A DNA stretch of 58,978 nt, taken from positions 5,124,291-5,183,268 of the forward strand of contig BFEA01000008.1 of the NCBI GenBank assembly GCA_003427395.1, read 5' to 3'. The notes beneath the pieces are model-generated. The model was not told the DNA's origin. It saw only the letters and a program-made list of their open reading frames with translations, and did not search any database. Numbering within the stretch: the first letter of the stretch is position 1; the number at the start of each line of letters is the position of its first letter. The position numbers were made by a program, and so were the translations under genes. This DNA comes from Chara braunii (taxonomy: Eukaryota; Plantae; Charophyceae). Positions 37,666 through 49,122 of this stretch are shown here, one piece after another.

Positions 37666-40135
37666 TCAATTAAACAATTCAATTTCAGTTAGCAACAGCG
37701 ACGGCAGCAACTTCTGCAGAGCAGGGAGCATTATCATTAGTGGCAATAGCAGTAGGAGCAGTGGCAACAATGTGAATGCCGGTGCCAAAGCAAGCAAGAG
37801 CAGGGGCGGAAGTGCACAGGTGGCGATAATGCAGCTGACGACAGCACAAGTGCTGAGACCACAGGTGGCGATAATGCAGCTGACGACAGCACAAGTGCCG
37901 AGACCACAGGTGGCGATAATGCAGCTGACGACAGCACAAGTGCCGAGACCACAGGTGGCATGAGCACAGGTGGCGCGAGCACAGCAACAGAGTGACAGAG
38001 AGGGAGAAGGCATACAGCACCTACAGCAGCAGCAAGAACAGCGGTGGGAGCAGAAGCACCAACAGCAGCGGCAGCGACAGCAGAGGATGCAGCAAAAACA
38101 GCAGCACTCTGGTGAAGATACCACAGTTCACAAGGACGGTCGACAGGAGGGAGAGAAAGGAGAGGAGGGCAAAGACGGGGAAGAGGAGGGAGAGGAGGGA
38201 GAGATCATATATGACCATCTCTCATAGCAATGAGCAACATAACTTTTGAGAACGCTTCGCAAAGACAGACAGATTGGGTGTCTCTCTCAGGAAGCAGGCA
38301 CAAGTTTCACACAAGGAAACTACAGCAACAGTCAAGACAAAGCCAAGCATGGGTGGGCATACTTCTCAGCGCCACACCTAACAAACCACAACGACGCATC
38401 GCTCAAGTAAGTGGACGGGTACCGGTTAACTTCTACCCTAACTCACCCCAAGGAGGGTAAATAGTTGAAAAGTATTCATCGTAACTTTCATCCAAACTCA
38501 CCCTAAGTCTAAGGAAGAAAAATGATTCTCTTCAATTCAATCCCCACACACCCTAAGGAAGGAACATGGTTATCTTCGCTTTTATGGGATTTTATCGCAA
38601 CTACCCACACAACCTAAGGAAGGAACATGGTTATCTTCGCTTTTATGGGATGTTATCGTAACTACCTTACCCTGACTTTATCCTTTTAGAACTGTCATCC
38701 CAGCATCTTACCTCCAGAACCAATCGGTCATACTTATTGTCCTCGTCCACGTAACCGTAGTTGAGTAAGAGTTTTGCATTCGGTTGTGGGCCACACCTGC
38801 AAATACCAATCAATCCAGTCATGTGCATTCTCCATCAGCATATTCAACAGGGACATTTCCAAACAAATTCAAAAGAGCAACAGCTTAAGTAATTTATAGC
38901 TGTATAATACAGCCGTCTTCCACACACCAGCTTACGTAATTTATACCCTATCATCTTCCACGGCATAACATATCCGGCCATTATAGCTGTATCTGGGGCA
39001 AATTCCAGTCTAAATACAGCGATTATTATCATATGTTCTATTTGGGGGAAGATGGTAGGCTGCCGTGATTGCTTATTTGTAAGGACCTGCCAAACGCGGA
39101 CTGAGACACACAGCTGATTTCTGAGTTTTGCCAATGGGAAGTATGCCTTGCTGAGTTTCCTGCTTGTTGCTGAGTTTTCTAAGTCCGTGTGTGTGCGTGC
39201 TTGCTGGTCTGCATGCCTGTCTGAGTGCTTGTCGGTTTGAGAGTGTGTGTGAGACCCGCAAAGGTACTCGTCTGTACGAGAGGCCCGAAGGGCCGGTACT
39301 TACCTGTGGCCGTGACATTGAGGGTTGCAGCGGGGAAACCATCAAGTGGTGGGGAAAGAGGCCCACGACACTTAGAGCAGCGGAAAAACACTCAAGTAGA
39401 AGGAAGGCCGGTACCACACCAGGTAGAGGTAGATGTGCTGGGTACTCGAGACGAGCAGAAGAAGACAAAAGTCGGCATTCTTGAGGCCCAGTAGTTGTAG
39501 GCTAGGTCTAGGCAGGTGCCAGTCCAACCAGTCTGAGTCCAGGGCCTGTACGCTGGAGGAACAAAGAGCTCCTCCTCATTCTTCGGTGTGCAAGTTTGGC
39601 GACACTCTGCTTGGAGCGCTGGTTGGGAGGAAGGAGCGCCCAGCTCCCCATCGCGGCCATGTGTGGAGGAGTACGGGCTGGAGGAGGAGGACGACGAGGA
39701 CTAGGAAGGGGGAGCGCCAGAGGTACTTACCTGGCTATGGTGGATGCCATCTTCATCCGCTTGGCGAGCGCTGCATCTGGAAGGCCCCAGTTGGGGTAGA
39801 GCTACACCAAGAAGCTTCGAGGCAGAGTCAGGCATGGCGGCCTGAGCTAGCGCAGCCATAGCTGCTTTGAGTTGTCTTTTGCACATCAGGGCAAGACCCT
39901 AGCAGTCTGCCATAGCCTCGGCCTTCAGGAAGAGGAAGGAGAAGGGTGGCCATGGCTATGGTGGACCTCATGCTGTACCTGCAGTAGAAGAGGGATTTGG
40001 ACATTGATTCTGGTTCAGCCATTCAACATTATTACTATTATTATTATTTATTGTGAATAAAGAGGGGAGAAGAAAAGGAGGAGGAGAGTGGCTGGCGAGA
40101 AGAAGGGAATTATCATTGGTCTTTGCTGGTGTACA

Positions 40136-40166
<31 letters not shown>

Positions 40167-41797
40167 TATTTCTGCTTCTTCTTCTTCTTCTTTATTTCTG
40201 TTCTTCTTCTTCTTCTTTATTTCTGCTTCTTCTTCTTCTTCTTCTTTCCCTCTCTCTCCTCTCAAGTTCATTCATTTCTTTTTGCAATTGGACGCCCGTG
40301 TACTTTCTGATGAATGTGTACTTCGAAATTGGCCAGGATCATAACATATCCATTCTTCTCTCGCCTTCATGATCACAGTCCAAATTCAAAGTACGCACCC
40401 ATTTAATTTGCGCACAGCCAACATGTCAGGATTGTTTTGTGTAGTGTGCAGTAATTGGGCTTAAGTAGGCAGAAGGGAAGAAGCTCTAACAGGCGCCGTT
40501 GATGTATGAAGGGAGGGGTCTTAATGGGGACCCGACTCCCTCAAAATTGTGGAAAGACGTCTTCCCAGCAAGATTCAACGACCCTCGAACAAGGAAGGAA
40601 GGAAATTCTACGCCAACCCCTCTTCCGCAGTCCAAGAATCAGAGACAAACAGGGAAAACCCCTCATACCCTTACAGCAAGGGATACAAAGTGGGGAACTT
40701 GGGTGAAGCGTGGAGTACGGCAGATCAAGTATCTGTGGGAGGGAGATAAGCAGCGGTGGAAGACCGCCAGGGAACTCAGAACGGGACTGAAAGCCAGTCA
40801 TAGACTGCTGGAGAATTTGAACGACCTCCTCATATCAATTACAGAGGAACGAACAAGGAAGCTACAAGGGGAAACTCAGCGGGGGTTGGGAGACTGGGTC
40901 ACATGGAGGCAGGAGAGCGAACCAAGGGGTCGCATGGAGGCAGGAGAGCGAACCAAGGGGTCACATGGAGGCACGAGTGCGAACCAAGGGAAGCCTTCCG
41001 CATCTGGAGTCGGGAGTCGACAAGGAAGGAATGGTTACACGGCAGATATGTATACCATCGTGATCCCAGAAGGTTCCACTACCGTCTTCACCCGAATAGA
41101 ACACCCCGTCATTATAGCCGTATCTGGTTCAACTTTCAGTCTAGGTACAGCGATAATGACCGGGCGTTATATTCGGGCGAAGACGGTAGGATTCTCGACA
41201 AAAAACAACCACGATGCCGGTTACTATCCAGCGACAGCAAGTGCGCAAGGTAAGGGTGGTAGAAACGGAGGCGTTCATAATCTACAGCCCAACTACCCCG
41301 GTGGAAGATTTGGAAGTGGACCCGGGGGAATGGGCATGGAACCTGCCAGGGGGAAGACTACGAGTGGCCAGAAGGATCAACACGCTAAACTACACCACGC
41401 ACATAGGTTATCGCCTGAAAAGGCGTTCCTACCCTCTAGCAGCAACCCTGTCCAAACTCTGGGAGAGCAGGGTGTGGGTTCCCCGGAACAGCTGCCAGGA
41501 ATTCCAATGGACGTTGATAAATACGATACGCATGGGGAGGGTTAAGCGCATGCAGTGGCTGATTGCCCACGTGGCACTACCGGTCAATGTCTGGTTTAAA
41601 CGAACGCCGGAGCAAGGAACACAGAGACCCAGCCAACGCGCTCTGTATGGTCTGCCAGGAGGGGGTTCCGGAATCCATGACTCACTGTCTCCTGACATGC
41701 CCAGAGGCAGATTGCCTACGGGAGAAGGCCAAGGCATCGGCTCCATTTCCCGAGAACACAATCACACTTCTGTTAGGCAATGATAGGACATGGCAAT

Positions 41798-41878
<81 letters not shown>

Positions 41879-44800
41879 CCCGATCACATATGCTTTGTAG
41901 GGTTCCTCTTCCCAGATAGACAAAGCGCACCTTCCAGCTGAAAAGGCAGTACACGCTGTGGACAATTTGGAAGAGGCGCTGTCAGATCACCATCGAGGGC
42001 AACGCACAGGCAGGAAGCAGCTGAGATCCTTTACAGCCTACTGGACATAGACTTCCAAGCACAATGGAAAAGGACACGCAGGCAGCTCCGGCAGCACCCA
42101 GACCAGGCGCAGAAACTAAAGGGCCGGTTTTCTTCAAAAGGTTTTAGGCAGAGGCGGAGTAGCCACCATTCAGGGATCGAGGATTTGCTGCAGATGGAGA
42201 ATGGCGGGACGCAGTTAGAACGGGACAGGGAATAGAGTAGAGCACTTCGTTCCAAGAATAAGAATTTATAGAGGAGGTCCAGGAGGAGAAAAAGAGAGGT
42301 AAGTTAAAGAAAAAAGGTCATAGTCATATCCTTCCTGATTAAACAGCCGATGTGGGAATAGAAGGTAGTAGGGGAGGAAACCCATGAGAAGAAAGGCTGT
42401 TTAATCCAGAGTCACATTCTTCTCATGGGTGTAGTAAGGAAGGAAAGAGGGAGGAAACCCATGAGANNNNNNNNNNNNNNNNNNNNNNNNNNNNNNNNNN
42501 NNNNNNNNNNNNNNNNNNNNNNNNNNNNNNNNNNNNNNNNNNNNNNNNNNNNNNNNNNNNNNNNNNNNNNNNNNNNNNNNNNNNNNNNNNNNNNNNNNNN
42601 NNNNNNNNNNNNNNNNAGAGGGAGGAAACCCATGAGAAGAAAGGCTGTTTAATCAGGAAGGAGGGTGGTAAGAAAGGTCCAAATACGTTCAAACTTCAAA
42701 GAGAGCTGAAGGTAGTAGGACAGAATAGACAATGTTGGGATAGAAGATAGGACGAGGGGAAGAAGGGACAATAAGGGGTTGGTTAATAGATAGTGATTTA
42801 GGACACTAGGCTCTAAACCTAAGGGACCTAAGGAAACTACTTGCACAGGTCACATCATAAGCGAAACTGGCTAACTCCGGGTCGAATTGTGAGTACAGGC
42901 CCTAGACTCAGACTGTACGGGGAACTCACAATTCGACCCAGGTCACATCATAAGCGAAACTGGCGCAATTTTATTTTTTTTTCTTCTTAAGAGAAAGGCA
43001 AGTCATTTCAATAGAAGATTGAAAATCGATGCCGGATAACTCCGGGTTGAATTGTGAGTTCCCCGGCCTCGATTTTCAATCTTCTAAGGAAATGGCTCGC
43101 CTTTCTCTTAAGGAAAAATAAAAATAAAAATTGCGCACAACCTACCAAGGGGTGTGGCAATCTACCGGGCGAGAGGGGGGGGAGGAGGCAGGGGGGTATC
43201 AGGGCTTAGCCACAAAACATCTCAACTTTACACCCTCTCTATCTCGACACCATAGACTCTTGACTGTGACGAAGACCGGCTTCCCCGATACAGCAGAGAC
43301 GTCAGCACACACTGGGTCAAGCAAAGCATGGTTGACTTCTGTTAGTGCATGATCACGGAGCTCCGGCATGTCAGTTGTGCGGTGCAGTTGATGAAAAATC
43401 CACAGACTGACTTCGAAAAGCAATCATCAGCCGCATCATCACTTTGGCAACAGAGGAGAGTAAAAGGAGTAGCAAGAGAATAGAAGGGGAGTAGAGATGG
43501 AGAAAGAGAAGAAAAGAACATACGCAAATACGTAAAAAATCCGAACGCGACGTTAATTAAAAATATAGCTATGAAAACCAGCGGTATGACCCGACTAGTT
43601 TCGGCTGGCCCGCTAACCAGCCTTCATCAGGGGTCTTCAGTTGTTGTGTTGTGTGCGAGTTGGTTAGGTATATAGGTGGTAAGAATCTGGTCTAGTGTTT
43701 TCTCTAATGGACCAGTAACGGTCAACCAAAAAAAAAAGTAGTACTAATGAGCCAGACCAGTTCATATTTTGGTTACCTGAGGCTCGTGGCAAAGCCGAAA
43801 TGGCACCAACGGGCCTAGCTCAGTTGGGGCACCCATGAACTCTTGAAATACAGACCCAAGCTGAAGTCCAGACGTAATCAGATGAACAGAACAAAATCAT
43901 TCTGAATCCAGGCTACCAGAGTGGCCCGGGTCCACTTGCCCGGCCGGGCCGAAAAGATATTAAAAAATAAAAAATATATTTTTCTAATTAAAATTTTTGT
44001 TTCAAATTTGGTAAAGAATTTCGATGTGACCCTGAGGCAAAAGTTGTTCAGTTTATTTTTCTGCATAACATAGGTTTTTTTCGGATTTTTTGGATTCTTT
44101 TTTTTTTTTTTTGGCTTGGACCTTCCCTAGTCCTTGCACGGCCGAGCCGCCCGGAAAAATGGGGTGACCCGGGCGGTCCGGCTGGTAGCCTAGTTCTGAA
44201 TTACCTGAGGCCGGTCAGTTCAATGATGAAATCTAAGGGCCGTTGAAAAAAGGGGGGAAACAATAACAAAAAAAAAAAAGGTGGAAAAGGGAAATAGGAA
44301 AAAGGAAAACAAAGGAAAAACAACGCCTGAAAAACCCTTCAACAAAGGCAGAAACAATGTACTGCCTAACTAGCTTTCCAGCCCGGGCGTCCAGGGAACC
44401 CCACCGTGCGCAGAATGGCGCCCGGGGCGCCCGGCCAGGCTACCCCCCCAAGCAGGCACCCGGGCGCCTCTCGCACCGAGGCAGAAAAAGCCTCAAAAAA
44501 AGTTTCGCGCCGCCGCCATATTCCGAATGTGCCACCTTCTTTTTTGGCGGTCGGCACATTTTGGGGGGGGGTCCAGCCCGTTTGTAGGGCTTTTTTTTTT
44601 TTTGGATTCTGGCAGTCAATCTGCATCGATCGACAGCGCGCACTGATCCAATTTGAATCCTGGGCTCCTCCTTTGTTTCTTCTTCTTCTTGTTCTTCTTC
44701 TTCTTCTTCTTTTCCCCCCCAAAAATAGCTTGGCACCACATAACCCGGAAGACCTCCAAAGGTGGGTTGGGGATAATCGACCCCAAACAAGAAACAAAAG

Positions 44801-46282
44801 CCCTACAGATAAAATGGATAGTCAAATTACTAACCCAACCAAGAGTGGCATGGCACAAACTAGCCCTAGACAGCATCAGAGCCTTAGCTCCAGTTCAAAC
44901 TCCTGCCAATATGTTGGGCTTGTTCTGGGTAATGAATAAGGACTGGACCCCGAAAACCGGTAGGAGAAGACGACGACCTAACCCACAACGGAACGAAGCC
45001 CAACTGTCAACACCCTACTGGACAGCCCTTATCGTAATTTGGAGAGGACTTCAGCCGAACAAAGTAAAGAAACCCAAATCGAAAGAAGAAGTACTTCATC
45101 AGCTCCTATTCGGGAATCAATATGTGAGGGATGCAGGGGATCTCCCTCTGTCGCTAGCAAAGGGCCAAAGCTGGCTTTCGTGGGTCCGACATGGAGTACG
45201 GAGGGTAGAGCACATCTGGGACCAAGCGAAGAAGGACTGGATTGATGAAGAACAACTGAGACATCTGCTAAAGGGTTGCGGTAATCGGCATAACAATCTG
45301 ACAACGGTCGTGGACAGCATCCCCGATGGGTGGAAAGAACTACTAAAGAAAAAATTTCATGGAAATCAGGAGAATGGGGGGTGCTGATCCAGGATTCCGC
45401 ACCCGAGAAAGCATACCAGTTTCACCGCAGATGCCCGGGCTCAGACCTCTCAGGAGTATTCATGTCTTTTCCCATAAGCCGGTCCAATCCCAACTCGTTC
45501 TCCATCCACAATATTGACCCTCAGGAAACTTTCTTTTTTTGTTTTCCCCCTCTTTCTGCGTTTCTTCTTTTCCTTCTTCTTCGTCTTCGCCTCCCTCCTC
45601 CCTCCTCTGACGTCGCGCTCCTCCCTCCTCGCGCCCCCCTCCTCGCACCCCCTCCATCACCTCGCCCCCTCCCTCCTCCCTTCTCCCTCCTCCCTCCCTC
45701 CTCTGACGTGATGCTCCTCCATCCTCTCTCCCTCCTCTGACGTGGCACTTCTCCCTCCTCCCTCTGAATTGACACTCCTTCGTCCTCCCTCCTCCCTCTG
45801 ACGTGGCGCTCCACCACAGGTGGGACACAGCAGCTGCTGTACCCCCCACGCCGCAAACGGGCAGTCGATACTCCAGACCACTTCTACAAGCCCCCCTCCC
45901 CACAACATACAGAAATCGACATGCATGAAAATAAAATCAGAGGCCGGATTTGGGCACTACTCCCAAAGCCTAGCAAGGTCTGGCAGCCAAAAAAAAAAAA
46001 AAAAAAAAGCTCAGTGGTTTTTTTGCGTGCCCGGGGCACCCCGTGCGTGGTGCCTGGGGCGCCCGCCCAGCCATCCCGGGAAAGCTAGCTGCCTAGTACC
46101 TACTACCTACAGTGCATACCATTTAAAGACAAAAGAAAAAAGTCCAAAACAAACTAATCGATGGAAAAAGACAATGCCTGGAAACCCTTTCATTGCAGGC
46201 GGAAAGAATGCACCAGCTACCACTATTCATTCGCAAAAGAGAAAGTTTAAAAAACACATCGACAGTTGTTCAGGACATCCGT

Positions 46283-46314
<32 letters not shown>

Positions 46315-46818
46315 GGCCCCTGTGCAAGGATGACACGCATAAACCGAGAAATGGTCCAAATTTCACTTAGGAAACAAACAGAAAAAAAAAAGGTAACCAC
46401 CACAACAGCAGGTGTCAAATTATTATTATTAATATATTACCCAGAAAAAAAAAAAAAAAAACCAACAACAACAACAACAGGTATCCCTACCTACCATACA
46501 ACAATAGGTTCTCCAGCTTTATATGCTCTGTCAACTTGCAGCTGTACAAAGTCTCCATCTGCCCGAAGCATGGCCTTGGAGTCGCTTCTATATGAAAGAA
46601 GCGGCGGCCCAAGAGGTACCAGTGCAAATCGCCTAGCCAAGTTAACGCCCTGTTCATAGTATACAAAGAGAGAAAGAGAGAGAGACAGAGACACAGAGAG
46701 AGAGAGAGAGAGAGAGAGAAAGATTCAGTCCACAAGCGCATTCTACCCGTTCTGTCGCACACACTCCTACAGCACACGTACGTTTTCGCACCCCTACCGT
46801 CCTTTTTCCCCCGTCCTC

Positions 46819-46853
<35 letters not shown>

Positions 46854-48785
46854 AACCTCTCTACCCAATTCATGGGTGCTCTGACACCCCCATCCCAGAC
46901 CCTTCCCCGGGGCCTTCTCTCCCAGCCATGTAGCGACACATTGCAGTTCTGCAATGATCCCATGTTGCATCATCAGACCAACCCTGCCTGCACAAGAACA
47001 CATGCTTAGAACCCACCATGTGATCGCATCACACAAACATCAAGAGTGTTTTTTTTAACTTTTAACGAATCAAATTATCAATTCAGAACTCAGAAGACAC
47101 CACAACATACACACACCAGCCAGATTTGGTTCTTTATGCATTCCAAAATTCTAAATACTAATCTTTCATCCGTTCACGAATCATTTTCTGTGCAGCAGAA
47201 ATCTTCAGAGTCAAACAACAGTTGAAACTTCAAACATTTGAAGGGGGAAAAAAACAAAAAGACATTAAGCATTCCAGATTTGGTTAAGTCCCTCGGGACA
47301 TCTGCTAAAATTAGAACAACACACAGAAGATCAGCATGGCTCCTGTCACCCTGTCCAAGGATGACACACATAAATCGAGAAATGAGCCAAACTTCAGATA
47401 TATATGAAAAAAAATCAAAACAAAACAAAACAGTCGTCAAATATAGCTCATCTTGTAAAATAGTGAAAAAAAGGAGGAGGATGGAGTCATGTACAGGAAC
47501 GAAGAGGAAGAACGAGTGTGGAAGAAGGAGAAGAAGAAGAAGAAGAAGCGCATCACCTGAAGATGCACAACGCATGATTGAACTGCAACAAACGCCTGCC
47601 GAAAGATCTCGAAAGGAAAAGCCTCCGTTGGTATGTCGAATGGATATTTCTGAATGCCACAATCCACCGAAACACAGTTGTAATCAGTTCTTTGAAAAAA
47701 AAAACAGAAAAAAAAAAAAAATTGTTATCGGTTCTCGTGAACTTCTCATTCTTCATCAGTCTCCAAGCCTTATCAGTTCCCCACCCTCAGATTTTTCCTT
47801 CTTTTTTTTTTGTTTTGTTTTTCCAAATACTCACTGCCACTCTTTGCTTCGCAGCGGGCAAGCGTAGGAGATGGCCAAGAATTCAGGACAGCATCAGACG
47901 AGTCGGCCAAGAAGGAACAGTGCTGCCCAAACCTTGAGATAGGTCCAGGAGGAGTGCCCAAACCAGTTTTCAACAGCTCATCCGATTGCTAGGAACATCC
48001 ACCTCACCACAGTGCAACAAATTCGGGAAATAGGGAGAAAGTGTTGCAAATCAGGAACTGGAATAAAGGGAAGGGGTGAGGGGAAGATGGGGAAAGGGGC
48101 GAGGGGGGGAGGGGGGAGGAGGTAGGGGGAGGGGGAATATGAGAGGGGGAGAGAAAAGGGGCGAGGGGGCAGGAGAGTAGGGCGCAACGAGGGTTCATTG
48201 CCCTGTGGGACAGGGAGTCCGGGGCAAATAGCCTAAGAAAAAGAGGGGAATCAAGCTTGAGATATTTCAAATTCCGTCTGCTTTCAGAAAAGAAAAAAGA
48301 AAAACGAGTCGAAATTAAACACAGGGTGGTGGACCCCAATGACAGCCTGCTGGGAAGACACAGCCTGACATAACTTCTAATGAAGCCGACACTTACTCCG
48401 AAGTCTCCTCACCTTGAAAAGAGACCCTGCCATGAACCAAACAGTGTCGAGCTCCTGATATTCTCGTTTGATGCCCTCCAATCGTTCTGCGAAAATGTGC
48501 TGAGAAAAAGAGAAGCCACGACAAGACAGGATAATGTCAGATGAACGATAAGAGAGGGGAGGGGAGAGGGGACAGGGGACAGAGGAGAGGGGAAAGGGGA
48601 GAGGGGACAGGGGACAGAGGAGAGGGGACAGGGGAGAGGGGAGACCGTAGAGGGGAGAGGGCAGAGGAGAGAGGGGAGAGGAAGTGTTGGGCATCATCAC
48701 ACCGTAAAAGAAACCCTCAGTAAATACAAGCATCCACTCAAACAACGAAATCACAGGTAGCAACAAGTGATCAACGCATGAAGGA

Positions 48786-48867
<82 letters not shown>

Positions 48868-48877
48868 NTCTCTCTCT

Positions 48878-48945
<68 letters not shown>

Positions 48946-49061
48946 GTGTGTGTGTGTGCGTGTGTGTGTGTGTGCGTGTGTGTGTGTGTGCGTGTGTCTG
49001 CTCGTTGTCTGTGAGTGGTGTGCATGTGTGTTCCAAACAATCACCACTGCAACCCCTTTTC

Positions 49062-49122
<61 letters not shown>

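Noticed and set aside
40499-41545. 348-aa ORF as an intact gene
   Set aside because: Chimeric reading through a frameshifted LINE remnant and an inserted MITE.
42348-42357. Plant snRNA USE motif TCCCACATCG (minus strand)
   Set aside because: No TATA at the expected spacing and no snRNA downstream.
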